Source: Asterias rubens (Eukaryota). From it: a DNA stretch of 64,000 nucleotides. Positions 1 through 12,690 of this stretch are shown here, piece after piece. The stretch spans positions 7,254,001 through 7,318,000 of the forward strand of contig NC_047073.1 of NCBI RefSeq assembly GCF_902459465.1, read 5' to 3'. A program made the position numbers and the translations under genes. Position 1 is the first letter of the stretch. Every line of letters begins with the position of its first letter. The notes under the pieces are model-generated. The model had not been told where the DNA came from, did no database searches, and saw only the letters and a list, made by a program, of their open reading frames with translations.

Positions 1-496
1 GGATGCTGGTCGTGTAATAAATCACTTTAGAAAAAAGTCAGATTTTGGATGCATAGTTGTTGTCCTATTGAAAGGACTTGATGATGTAATGGCCTGGGTT
101 CATTCACTATTAGTTACAACTCAAGAAAGTTAATACTGGGTTCAAGGATGAGATTGTTCAGACTTTTGGCTGAATTCAGACTTTTTATGTTGGCCTGGTG
201 AGGGAATCAGACATTATTTTTCTCCAAAAATAAAGAAATCCTGCTCATTGGTCTACTTCTCTAGTGCTTTGGATACTGTTTCCAAAAAGCTCCTTGAAAT
301 CGATAACCCCAGGGGTTACCAAACTGTACAAATAACATTATTTCAACGTACCCTTGAATTTGTATCCAAGTTTCAGACTTTTTCGTTAGTAATGACTCTC
401 ACTACTGTGGTTTATTAAACACACTTTATCGCACCCCCATTCCAAAATTGAGAATACTGAGCAATTTGATACGTTTTTTAGTATGGCATGTCGTGG

Positions 497-826
497 CCTA
501 GCAGTCAAGTGAACTGGACTCAAGCTCTTGTGTTTCTGATCAGCAGAGTGTTGGTTCGAGCAAGTCCCAGTCATGAAACCTAGCAGTCAAGTGAACTGGA
601 CTCAAGCTCTTGTGTTTCTGATCAGCAGAGTGTTGGTTCGAGCAAGTCCCAGTCATGAAACCTAGCAGTCAAGTGAACTGGACTCAAGCTCTTGTGTTTC
701 TGATCAGCAGAGTGTTGGTTCGAGCAAGTCCCAGTCATGAAACCTAGCAGTCAAGTGAACTGGACTCAAGCTCTTGTGTTTCTGATCAGCAGAGTGTTGG
801 TTCGAGCAAGTCCCAGTCATGAAACC
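497..826 (+). repeat. 4 identical tandem copies of an 82-bp tRNA-derived SINE head
   Basis: Units start at 497, 579, 661 and 743. Each has an A-box-like CCTAGCAGTCAAG and a B-box-like GGTTCGAG(CAAG)TCCC. Confidence 0.9.
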
Positions 827-950
827 TGTGTCCCTTTAATACAGTGCTTTAAGCTTCAACTTCAAAGCCCTTCTTCAAATTTCATAGATTGCTTTTGTTG
901 AAAAAAAAAGTTCAAGAAAAACAGTTTTATTATAGGCCTACTTGTGGGCC

Positions 951-989
951 TACATGTACATACATGTACATACATGTACATACATGTAC
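951..989. repeat. (TACATGTACA)n simple repeat
   Basis: About four 10-bp units directly visible. Confidence 0.9.
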
Positions 990-1264
990 TATGTACTGCT
1001 GAAGAGCAATGAACGGATGAATGCTCATAAAGTGTTCTTTATTGGTCCCTGAGGTAGAGTCAGTACCAATCAATCAATCAATCAAAATAATAATTTATTT
1101 AGCACTGGTACTCATAAGTATGTTCAAAGGAACTTCAACAATGAGGGTCAAAAGTTTGATTGGGAACAAGGGGTGCACCATCCTGCTGCCAACTAAAACT
1201 GTTGTTTCCATTTGAGTATACAAATACGTAAAATACATTGTCGGCATGTAAATGAAATAAATAA

Positions 1265-1806
1265 GGGAATAAAAGGGTAGCGACAAGTTCTTGCTGGGCC
1301 ATTTAAATAAGGCAGGGTCGTTGCCGTGTGGTAAAGGCACGAGCCGAAGGCTTCGGCTCGGGCCTTTATGGCACGGCAACGACGCTGCAAGGTTTTAAAC
1401 GGCCATTTAAGAACGATTCACTACTCTTTTATTCCCATTCATAAATGCCTTTTTGGTTTAAAGGCGTGATAAAGTTAGAAACTGTGTAAAACTTATCTGT
1501 TTCCGACATGCTTTCCAAGAGCTCTGTACATCTGTGTGTTGCATGGTTATGACTGAGACGCCTATTTACGACAGTCTCCGGATTCGTTCGTGCGCGTGTA
1601 GTCTTGGTGCAAGACGTTCTCGTTTTCCTTTCACACACAGCGCGGCCAACTCACCAACAGCACCTGCATCGTCTGTTACAAGAAACGCCTTGTACTAACC
1701 TGTTATAAACAGAGTCCAGCTGGTCATTATCAACCGTTTAAACACTCCCACGTGACGCCCTCTCCACCAATAGGCATAGCGAAACTGTCTGAGGTTTTTC
1801 ATGAAT
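1265..1806. mobile_element. Non-autonomous hairpin element, family A (putatively Crypton/tyrosine-recombinase dependent)
   Basis: Imperfect ~170-bp palindrome at 1265-1436 centred on CGAGCCGAAGGCTTCGGCTCG. Tail CCACGTGACG..CTCTCCACCAATAGG.ATAGCGAAACTGTCTGAGGT..TT.ATGAAT is shared with 38640-38703 and 39145-39212. The Crypton assignment is inference. Confidence 0.6.
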
Positions 1807-3294
1807 TTAGGTTTAAACAATGAAACTATCACATTAACCCCCCCCCCCCCCCAATTCAATTAGATTCAAATAACGTTTTTTTTAGAACCCAAAACAAATG
1901 AATACATGGGCAAGTTTTTAAAAATGTAAAACTTTACTCTGGCAATTTTTAAACTCCAAGTTTTTTTTATGGGGTGGGGCACTTAATGCAAAACCAATCA
2001 GTACATGTACCAGCTTATGAAAATAATGTTCAAATTTACTCTGGTAATTTTTAAACTCAAAAGTCTAGGTGGGGTGGGGCACACACATCAACTTGTGGTT
2101 TGATTTAAGATGTTCTGTTTGTCTTCTAATAGATCTTTATGAAGACATCTATTTGAAAGGAAGTCAAATTAACTCCTGAGAGTACACAAGAGTCCTGAAG
2201 GATTTTTGGCCTTAACCATGCAGTAGACAGTAGTCGTAATTTGCTCGACTCTTCTGTGATCCTCAAGTTAAGTTTATTCTAGAGCTGTAGGGTTAAAATA
2301 ACAATGTTTATAATCCCCTTAATGAGATACAGTGCAATGAGATTATTGGATTATGTAAGTGTAGAATTGTTTTGAGTGAGCTTCTGTTATTGGCATTAGT
2401 TGTAATCCTCGAAGGGAAGGTGTTCGTTTAGTAATAACTCTTAAAATTAATAGCAATAAAAAGTTATGTGTTTTCAATATAGAAAAGCATTTTGAGAACC
2501 ACTCACTTTGAAGTATTGTGATAAATATGGAAACAGACATCAGTTTTTAAACCCCCCAAACTTCAATCTGAGAAAGAATACCTTCAGATCCGTTTCTCAG
2601 ATTGTGTATCCCAATTCTTGATTGTTCTTCCTGCGTGGACAAAACCACTCTGGATTTTTGGCGATATCTCAACATTTCATAACTTACTTGCCCCACCCAC
2701 CTGCAATTGCCCCACCCACCTGCAATTGTCCCATTTACTATGAAGGATCACAGTAAGCACCCATGACCACTAACTGATCATTGATCAAGTCACTGAACTC
2801 ATTGGCCCTTCAACTCAGTTGATCGAGAGTTCTGAAACCTTATCAGCTCTCAACCCTGATTGGTCCATACATCAAAACGGCGTGAGACTAGTAGAAGTCC
2901 AGGCTTTTTCATCAGGATATCAGGTTTCTATTTTGGCGCTTCTTGTCTACTCATTCGGGAGTGCTGATATATCGTTTTCCTGCAGGTTCCCCCAGGTGTG
3001 TTTGATTGCATTGAGTCTCTCAATGCATCCTTGTGTGTCCCGAGTGCGCTGACCTTGTTTTACCTGGCTTGTTTTACCTCGGTCATGACTAGGGACACCC
3101 CCCTCCAGAGGGAGTAGGATCATTGAGGTGGGTGGGTAGAGGGCAGGGGTGTAAAATTTATGAGAGGGGAACGTTGCTCATGTACACTGGACTTTTTACT
3201 CTGGTTAGAACAGTACTATACTAAGTATCGATCATGACTACTGAATTTCAGAGCTATGATCACAACTCTGATATTCAATAATCATTTCAACTTA

Positions 3295-3850
3295 TTTTTT
3301 TGTCCACTGGCACCTGGTCGACTTGGTACCTAGTCGAGTGGGGTATTCAATATGATACATACTGATCTTTTGTCCACTGGCACTGGGTACTGAGTTGTGG
3401 GTACCCAGTTGACATGTAGTTGAGCGGATAGATCGTATTGAATATGACGTCACCGTTCAGAAATTTGCTCTACAAGATGGTGTCTGCGCGGGTTTGCTTG
3501 TGTGTGCGTGCTTGTGTCATAGAAATCAAATTGGGAACGCTGCGTGCTGCGTGTTTCTTTGATATACGTGTCAAGAACGCATACAAGATGGCAACTTTCA
3601 TAGCAGCTAAGGGGTTATTCAATCTTTCCAATAACATGATCGATACCCTTGATCTTTAGTCCACCAGTAACAAGTTTACTGGGTACCTTGTTGAGTGAGT
3701 TTGCAATAATATGACAAATACTTGTCCACTGGTACCCATTTTCCTGGGTACCCGGGTACGTAGCTACGTGGGTATTCAACAATATGATCAATACTTTTGT
3801 CCACTGGTATCAAGCCAACTTGGTACTTAGTTGAGTGGGTACCATGGACA
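3295..3850. repeat. Degenerate ~70-bp GGTACC-rich repeats flanking a unique CpG-rich core (MITE-like)
   Basis: TGTCCACTGG..GGTACC..GTTGAGTGGGTATTCAA recurs at about 3300, 3370, 3723 and 3798. Confidence 0.5.
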
Positions 3851-4604
3851 AAAAGATAGAATACAAGTTTTATGTTTGGACCGAAATGAATTATTCACTG
3901 GTTTGGGTGTTTGGTAAGTGTGGTCCTGATTATAGTTTGCATTGCAACTCATGTCCAAAAATAGTCTGCAAATGTTAAAGGGGAAGACTTTTTCTTCTTT
4001 TTCTGAGTCACAGTTCCTTCAAAATATTTTGAATATATGGCCCCCAGGGACTGGAAGCTCAAGGTGTTTGGGCTTCGGGAACTAAACAGAAATAACCGAA
4101 AGGTGTTTCTGGCTTTGCTAAATACATATATCATGTTCTATTCAGTCAATGATATCCATGTGTGACCACAACTGCTGTGCCCATGCTTATACAGATACAT
4201 GTGTATCTTGTTACTTTTAAAGGCACTTCACACCTTTGGTAATTGTCTTTAACACTTTACACCTCAAGACCATGCCCTGTTTGATACCCATTAAAACCTG
4301 GGTATAGACCATGTGAACTTTGTTAACAATAAAGTGTGACCTTGTGCATTCTTTGAGTATTCTGGCAGGGTGTCATAATTTCCACATAAATCCAAGAGTT
4401 ATGAAAGTAAAAGCTGGCCAAGTTTTGAGATGTGCCCCCTTTCATTATATCAAAAGTTGATAAGAATTAGACAGTGCAATCTCCGTAAAATATAAGATTT
4501 TAAGTTTTCTTCCAATAAGCATGTGTACAAATCGTGCCTGCAGGAAGTCCAGGTCTTTGGCTCTTTTGTAAACATGTGATGTCACAGGTCACATCGTCCA
4601 TAGG

Positions 4605-5735
4605 CTAGGCATTTACAGTTACCCGTCTCGCTTGGGGATGCGAACTCACACCCTGATTGCCCAACCACCAAAACTTGCTACACTACACGACACTGCTAGC
4701 CAATTACACCCCACAAGGCAAACAGTATGAACAACATTAACCCTTTACAACTGTATAGTCCATCACATCAAGGACATCTGTGCTAAGCTTGGGCGATATC
4801 GATTTATTTTATTCACGATATATCGCCGACAATATATCGCGATATTCGATATATTCGCGATTAATTAAATTTGACATCATCAGTCTTCAAGTGAAAGTTG
4901 TAGAAGAGACAGTCATAGCGTAAGAGAGGTGTTCTAATGACCTATTCTTCTGGTTTTACTCCAAACCCATGGGGTGCAAGATGTCTAAGCTAGCAAATAC
5001 ATCGCGATATTTAATCGATATCGCAATATATCGCGATTATCGCGATATATTGCGATATATCGATATCGATATTTCGATTAAAACCAAATCCATCCGATAT
5101 CGAAATCGTTTCCAAATTAATATCGCGATATTCGATAATATCGTGATATCGCCCAAGCTTAATCTGTGCCCTCTCAGGTACCCATTTACACTTGGGTATG
5201 GAGAAGCTACAGTTGCGCATCTTGCTTGGGGATTCAAACCCACACCCTTAACCACCAAAAAAAGAGTTCAATGCAGTACACTGCTTTCCACGACACCTGA
5301 CAAAGTGAACAGTGTACACAGTGTTAACACTTTACACCTGTAGTTCATCACATCAAGACCATCTCTGCCCTCTTAGGTACCCATTAATACCTGGGTATAT
5401 AGAGAAGCAATTACAGTTACGTGTCTTGCTTGGGGATTCCAACCTGCACACCTTAAACCACCAGAACTAGAGTTCAAGCACTACACTGCTCGCTAATGAC
5501 ACGCCACAAAACAAAACAAATAAAAAATATAACAGTGTTAACACTTTACAATACCTTATCAAATCAAGAACTTGTCCTCTCAGGTACCCATTTACACCGG
5601 GGTAAGTTACACATCTTGCTTGGGGATTCAAACCCAAACCCTTTACCACCAAAACTAGAGTTCATTGCACTAGACTGCTTGCCCACACAAGGTATACAGT
5701 GCACACCTGTAGTTCATCACATCAAGAACTTTGAC
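4605..5735 (-). repeat. Tandem array of ~200-bp units derived from a tRNA-SINE (about 4 units)
   Basis: CCTCTCAGGTACCCATT starts at about 5170, 5369 and 5576. Each unit has CTTGCTTGGGGATTC(G/A)AACC, the reverse complement of a B-box. Confidence 0.7.
4784..5161. mobile_element. hAT-type MITE
   Basis: 17-bp TIR TAAGCTTGGGCGATATC / GATATCGCCCAAGCTTA with a perfect 8-bp TSD ATCTGTGC (4776-4783, 5162-5169). Internal ATATCGCG repeats. Confidence 0.92.
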
Positions 5736-5899
5736 TGACTGGCCCTACCTTAGCGAAACCGCTAATGGCCAGCTTAAAACAACGGACGTACCTGTTCCAT
5801 CAGAGTTAACCGGCTTGGTAGTGAGTTACTGCTTGCTGTTAAGCACTTGATGGATACAGGGAGGGGTCCTTGCATGCTAAAAATACCTGTGTGGTTTTT

Positions 5900-6740
5900 C
5901 GTACAGGTGTAATAGGCTCTTGATTAGGGCAAGGTTCTGGGGATTATTCCAAAAGACTGATGTGAGCCTCGTGCTTCACTTTGTAAAGAGTGTCAATTTA
6001 TTCCAGTCCCTTTTAAATAAAAACCTGTGTGTCTTTATGATGTTTGTGTCATGAGTTGGACCTAAATGTAAGGTCATACATGTAGATTGGTTGTTACGCC
6101 AACAATTATAGGCTATTGCGTACAGGTGTAAGGCTCGTGATAAGGGGAAGGTTCTGCAAATAATTCCAAGACTGATGTGTGCATCGTGCTTCAGTTTGTA
6201 AAGATAGTCAATTCATTGCAGTCCAGACATGCAACTTTCTAATTGCAAAAAAGGAGGAAATGGCCGACCACATTTAACTTCTGTACAGTGGTTTTCAGGG
6301 TTTTTTTTCGCACTGTTTTAAAAATAAAAAGATGATCAGCTGATCAGCTGAAAAAGTACATGCATGCAAGTCTCACAACAACTAAAAAACCTGTTTGTCT
6401 CTATGATGGTGTGTGTCTTGAATTGGATCTTCAAGTCAGGGTCATAGATTGTAAATTAAGCCAACAATTATTGGCCATTTAGTACAGGTGTAAGGCTTGT
6501 GATTAGGGCAAGGTTTTGGGTATAATTCCAAAGACAGATGTGTGCATGATGCTTTACATTGTAAAGAGTGCCAATTTATTTCAGTCCAGACATGCAACTT
6601 TCTAATCGCAAAAAAAAATGGAAATGACTGATAACATTTAACTTTTGTACTGTGTTTTTCAGTTTTCTACGGCACTGTTTAACAGTAAAAAAAAATAAAA
6701 TCAGCTGTTTAGCTGCAAAAGTGCATGCCTGCAAGTCTCA
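5900..6740. repeat. Degenerate local triplication
   Basis: TACAGGTGTAA..GGCT..TGAT.AGGG.AAGGTT..AAGAC.GATGTG recurs at about 5902, 6121 and 6483. Confidence 0.75.
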
Positions 6741-7934
6741 CAGTAACAAAACAGTTTCACAAAAATAATTTTGTTAAACATGTACAACAGATTTACACAA
6801 CTCTCCTGAAATCATTGCTCTGTGATTTTCACTTTTTGTTCTCAAACACTTGATGGCCAATGAAGCTGCAGGTAAATTATATTACATACATCTTCATTCA
6901 CAGTGAGTAGGGATTCATGTTATAATGGCCCAAAACTTAATCTTCAAAAGGTACCCAAACCCTTTAAAGTTAAATGAACATGCTTTTTGCAGTAATTTCG
7001 TTAATTGATTGACCACCGTTTTCCTTTCAGATCACAGCGATCAGATAACTCAAGATTTCCTTCCTTCCCTTAACGTCTACCCTCGGCTGTGTATCGTAAG
7101 ACAAGATGACCATCGGCACGCTGCCATGTTCCCCTCAGGAGAACACTTCACTCTAGCTCCAGCTCACTCACCGAGGGTCGTCACCAAAACGGAGATCCTC
7201 ACCTTTGCCGGGGACTTCTTGAGGCATGGTGACTCAATGATGTTGCAGACAGAGCAGTTCTAGAACAAACTGCTCAGAGGTTGAAGTAAAGGTTTGGTAG
7301 TCACTCTTAAAATTAATTGCAAAAAGAACTCTTGGTTAGAAGCCTACAGCAGTTTTCGATATTATAAAACATTTTGAGAAATATTTACTTTGAAATAGTA
7401 TATTAATGAACAAGTTTTTATGCCCCAAAATTTCAATCTGAGAAGCATAACCACAGTAACACTTCCCAAAGTGTGTATTCCTATCAGGGATTAATCTTCC
7501 AATACGAACTCTTGGTTAGAAGCATAGAGCAGCTTTCGATAGTATAAGCATTTTGAGAAATATCCACTTTGAAATAGTATAGTAATAAAGAAGTTTTTAT
7601 GCCCCAAAAATTCAACCTGAGAGTAAAGCTTCTCAGATTGTGTATTCCTAATAGGGATTAATCTTCCTGCGAGGACATATTCGCTCTGATAGTTATTTGG
7701 TGACACCATGGGCAGCCAGGGTAGTTATACACATTCGAACACAAAAGAGTGAATTAGGGTTTCAGGTTGAGTAATGGTCCCCAGTTGGAAAGTCAGTACA
7801 AAACCAATGGGAGCTGTAGCTAAAAAGTCCCCGGTTGGACGAAGGTCCCCAGTTGGAAAAGTTTACAAAACCAAAGGGAGCTGTTGCCAAAAGGAGTGTA
7901 CACAGAAAAGGGGGACTATAAGAGGGCCTGAGTG

Positions 7935-8166
7935 CAGAAGTGTGTGTACTTGTAGTGTCATTCAAACTGAGGACTGATAACAGAAGTGTGTGTACTTGTA
8001 GTGTCATTCAAACTGAGGACTGATAACAGAAGTGTGTGTACTTGTAGTGTCATTCAAACTGAGGACTGATAACAGAAGTGTGTGTACTTGTAGTGTCATT
8101 CAAACTGAGGACTGATAACAGAAGTGTGTGTACTTGTAGTGTCATTCAAACTGAGGACTGATAACA
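7935..8166. repeat. 46-bp minisatellite, 5 identical copies
   Basis: CAGAAGTGTGTGTACTTGTAGTGTCATTCAAACTGAGGACTGATAA at 7935, 7981, 8027, 8073 and 8119. Confidence 0.97.
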
Positions 8167-9355
8167 AAAGGGACAAAAGGTTCAAGATTGCTATCACAAA
8201 GGAAAACCATGGTGTCCCTATTTGTCAAGACAAAGAGTTAAGCAAAGGGGTCCACGATTGGAGGCCATAACACTTGGATGGGCTTTCTGAAGGGTCCTTG
8301 CAGACAACCTCGTTCCCAGGGGTGATCGATCTCGCCGCCCCATTTTTTCCCAGCATGCCTTGCTCGATCATTACCCCTAGAAAGTGTTCATTCAATGAAT
8401 GCCTATAATCAATCCTTTCTTCGCGTGCACGCATGTCTTTCCTCTTAAAGAATGTTTTGGTTTTTCCTTTTAAAAATTCTGTTCGTGCCATATAAAGCGT
8501 GGGCGTGATCAATATGAAAATATCCTAAAACTACACGCGTGCACACTTTACATCTAATGCATAACCAATTTCATGAGCCAATCAGCATTGTTTCTCAGTA
8601 CATTACTCTCAGGGGTTTGTGACGAGTGGTATCGATATGGCACGCTGCTCATGGTAGCGAGGCTGCCTTGCAGAGTCTTTGAAAAAATAGAACAATAGAA
8701 CCACAAGGAAATTCTTTGTTTAATCTGGACCCCACAAGAAAACTCTTTAGAAAAGGGTATAATAGAACCATTATAGCAGGAACTCTACGAACCAGACCCA
8801 TAATGTGGTGTATGTATTATAACCTTTGAGTGGTATTTGTATTTTATTGAAATAACTACTGTATGCTTAATTAGCTGAGATTCTTTTTTTTGTTACATTC
8901 AAACACGCTAACAGTTGTCTATGCAAAATGAACTGAAGCATATCTGGTTTTCATTATAAGGTATGTCTGTGCATGTGATCAAAATCACTTAAGGTTCATT
9001 CTTAACATTCCGTCCAGAAAGTCTCATCATATTAATACTCTAAAATATATATTTTGTAAAGTTAAAATATTTGTAATTTATAAAATGGATTTTTCTATGT
9101 GAAATGTACATGATCATCGGATGAGTAATATTAATAGATTTTTATTTTATATGATATGATTACCCTGAATGTAAGTATGTTTCTTTTCTTTTACTTGGAA
9201 TTTAGTTATTTTAGGCAAAACGTTTCCAGGGAAAACTAAGGCCGGAAATCCACAAGTCAGTCATGGGTAAAAACAACAGAGAACGCCAAGCAGCATTGAA
9301 TTGTGTACTGTGTGCTATTCATTAAAAAGTAAATGTACTGATATTTTCATTTTAA

Positions 9356-9736
9356 AGGAACACGTTGCCTTGGATCAGTCGAGTTGGTCTTTGAAAAGTG
9401 TTCGTAACCGTTTGTTATAAAAGGCATATGGTTAGAAAGGTGTTTTAAAAGTAGAATACAATGATCCACACAAATTTGCCTCGAAATTGCGTGGTTTTCC
9501 TTTTACTTTGCCAACTAACACGGTCGACCATTTATGGGAGTCAAAACTTTACTCCCATAAATGGCCGACCGTGTTAGTCGACGAGGTAAAAGGAAAATCA
9601 CGCAATTTTGTGTGATACTTGTGTGGATCATTTTATTCTACTTTTAAAACATCTTTCTAACCATATGCATTTTATAACAAATGGTTAAAAACGCTTTTCA
9701 AAGACAAGCTCGACCGATCCAAGGCAAAGTGTTCCT
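9356..9736. mobile_element. Foldback MITE with TTAA target (Kolobok-type termini)
   Basis: TTAA|AGGAACAC...GTGTTCCT|TTAA. The whole element is an imperfect palindrome centred on CCATTTATGGGAGT...ACTCCCATAAATGG. Confidence 0.85.
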
Positions 9737-9769
9737 TTAAAGGATTGTACACTATGCGTTAGGCACGAA

Positions 9770-9960
9770 GGACGACTGATACATGGATTTCCGGCTTAAG
9801 AAGTTATTTATATTGATGACATCATGTTTAACGCAAATTTGTATTTTTTGTACGAGCAATGTGATAATTTTACAACCTGTAAAAGGAAGATCAGCAGAGT
9901 AGTTTGTTATAAAAGAGAACAAGACTTGAAACAAGTTGGTAGTTAAATCTTCATTTTCTC
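9770..9960 (+). pseudogene. Possible decayed reverse transcriptase fragment (DIRS-like)
   Basis: Frame reads HGFPA*EVIYIDDIM...FVIKENK, resembling a YxDD motif followed by GFVINxEKS. Stops are present and the match is short. Confidence 0.3.
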
Positions 9961-10088
9961 TGTGTTGTTGGAGGATTTTGGCGATCAGCGCTAACAAGGT
10001 TTGACCTTAGTGCCTGAAAAATGTGCACAAGACACTTGTATACTTATCAAATTTTGCCTTAAAAAGTGTACAAGGCTAAAGCCCTTAA

Positions 10089-10793
10089 CCCTTAGTACGC
10101 TTCAAAGCTGTACACACAGTATTCCCCTGGTGCTGAATTTCCTGTGTGGGGCTACTAAAATGCACATACATTTTTCCTCGAGACCTTTACTCTGTGAAGG
10201 AAGTGTTTTGGGCTAAATTGCAAAATAAGTTTTATACTCAGTATTTTATTTCCCATCTAATGCAGTAAACATAATGTTTTTTGGATAAAGAATAACCGAG
10301 ATACGCTTGTTTCATTACCACTATTCTATCACCGGCCGACAAGCCTAGTTGCTGTTGATTTTTTTCGGGGCCATCGTCCGATCCAGACCCCTCGCTGCTG
10401 CCATCCGACCCATTGTCGTGTTCATGTACATCGTTATCGTTGACACATACACAGTACACGTAAATAGTACACGTACAGCATTCTCAACACATCAGAATCT
10501 CTCGAAAAAAGCTCTTCAAAGTCTGATTCTCTGGAGTCTGAGTCCTGAAAGCGTACAGCTTATTGATCAGAAATTGTGAGAAAATTTGGGACAAAAGATC
10601 GTTTTTTTCCAGACGAAATATCGTTGCATACATGTACAGCTAGATACATGCAGCTGGATGAGGGTCAGGGGTCAATAGTTTCCCAGAATTCATCATCTAT
10701 TTACTTGCAGTACTGCTGGGCGACTGGAGTCGCCGACAGCGCGCAGGGAATAAACACGCTCGGCGACTGTGGTCGCCGATAGCGTGCAAAGGG
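10089..10793 (-). mobile_element. Non-autonomous piggyBac derivative
   Basis: TTAA|CCCTTAGTACGC...GCGTGCAAAGGG|TTAA, with subterminal GGCGAC/GTCGCC repeats near the right end. A short acidic minus-strand ORF (10238-10459) may be a relic of the transposase N-terminus. Confidence 0.8.
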
Positions 10794-11054
10794 TTAATAC
10801 ATGTACTTATCAAATTTTGCCTGAAAATGTCAAATTTTTCCTTTTTTTTTTTTTTTTTTTGCCTAAAAATGTGTACCAGCCTGGTATACCGTTGGATTTT
10901 GGCTGAAAATTACAAACTTTGCCTGAAAATGTGTACCAGATAGCCATTGTATGCATCTTATCAAATTTTGCCTGAAAACATCAAACTTTGCCAAGGTCTT
11001 AGCTTTGTATACTTAAAAAAACTTTGCCTGAAAATGTGTACAAGGCTGGTGTTG

Positions 11055-12130
11055 GACGAGGGTTAGCTGGTCTCTACTCTTACAGCAGGAAACCAGCCTT
11101 ACAATACTTATTGAATGAGAGTTAGCTGGTCTCTACTCTTACAGCGGGAAACCAGCCAAAGACTGCAATACATGGTGAATGAGAGTTAACTGGTCTCTAC
11201 TCTTATAAAGGGAAACCAGCCAAAGATTGCAATACATGTTGAATGAGAGTAAGCTGGTCTCCCCTTAGTACAGTAAATACTATACTCTTACAACGGGAAA
11301 CCAGCCAAGGATTGCAAGACATGTTGAATGAGAGTAAGCTGGTCTCTACTCTTACAGCGGGAAACCAGCCAAGGATTGCAAGACATGTTGAATGAGAGTA
11401 AGCTGGTCTCTACTCTTACAGCGGGAAACCAGCCAAGGATTGCAATACATGTTGAATGAGAGTTAGCTGGTCACTACTCTTATAGCGGGAAACCAGCCAA
11501 GGATTGCAATACCTGTTGAATGAGAGTTAGCTGGTCTCTACTATTATAGCGGGAAACCAGCTAAGGATTGCAATACCTGTTTAATGAGAGTTAGCTGGTC
11601 TCTACTCTTACGGGGGACACCAGCCTTGTATCCTACATGTACTTAACAAACTGCCTGAACATACACTGTATGATCAAATTTTGGTTGACAATGTGAACAA
11701 GGCCTAATGTTGAATCAGGGTTAACTGGTCTCTACCCTTACAGCGGTAAATCAGCCGAAGATTGCAACACTAGTTGAATGAGAGTTAGCTGGTCTCTACT
11801 ATTACAGCGGGAAACCAGCCTAAGATTTTAATACATGTTGAATGAGAGTTAGCTGGTCTCTACTCTTACAGCGGGAAACCAGGCAAAGATTGCAATACAT
11901 GTTTAATGAGAGTTAGCTGGTCTCTACTCTTACAACGGGAAACAAGCCGAAGATTGCAATACATGTTGAATGAGAGTTAGCTGGTCTCTACTATTACAGC
12001 GGGAAACCAGCCTAAGATTTTTCACATGTTGAGTGAGAGTTAGCTGGTCTTAACTCTTACAGTGGGAAACCAGGCAAAGATTGCAATACATGCATAAATG
12101 AGAGTTAATACATGTTGAATGAGAGTTAAC
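11055..12130. repeat. 64-bp minisatellite, about 15 copies
   Basis: ATGTTGAATGAGAGTTAGCTGGTCTCTACTCTTACAGCGGGAAACCAGCCAAGGATTGCAATAC. Period of 64 measured at 11341 to 11405. Confidence 0.95.
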
Positions 12131-12690
12131 TTGTCAAAGTTTGCCTGAAAATATTCACAAGGCTACAAATTTTGCCTGAACATGTTCACAAGGGTATATA
12201 TATAGCCTTGTGAACTTGTCAAATTTTGAATGTGTTCACAAGGTTTATATAGCCTTGTGAACTTGTCAAATTTTGCCTGAACATGTTCACAAGGCTATAA
12301 CATTTTCTAAATAAATTTGAAAAAAATTTATAATATAGCCTTGTGAACATTTTTTGAATAAATTTGAACATTTTCAAGAAAACAATTGATAAGTTCACAA
12401 GGCTATAGTCTTGTGAACTTGTCAAATTTTGCCTGAACATGTTCACAAGGTTATAAGCCTTGTGAATTTGTCAAATTTTTCCTGAACATGCCTTGTGAAC
12501 TTGTCAAATTTTGCCTGAACTTGTTCAGATTTTGCCTGAACATCTCGTCAAATTTTGAATGTGTTCACAAGGCTATAGCCTTGTGAACATTTTCTGAATA
12601 AATATGAAAAGTTCACAAGGCCTTATGAACATTTTCAAGAAAAAAATTGATAAGTTTGTGACCATTTTCAAGAAAAAAAGTTCACAAGGC

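Noticed and set aside
2-420. Mostly open frame with VVVLLKGLDDV...LLVTT (Walker-B/NACHT-like) and YFSSALDTV (LINE RT-like)
   Set aside because: Two stops, motif spacing does not fit, and two incompatible weak interpretations. Needs an HMM search.
7031-7263. ORF after a strong acceptor (TTCCTTTCAG); AGDF motif reminiscent of a LINE endonuclease
   Set aside because: No partner exons or recognisable product, and the similarity is too weak to call.
7935-8166. CRISPR-like appearance of regular repeats (also 497-826 and 11055-12130)
   Set aside because: The units are contiguous with no unique spacers, there are no cas genes, and the context is eukaryotic. These are minisatellites.
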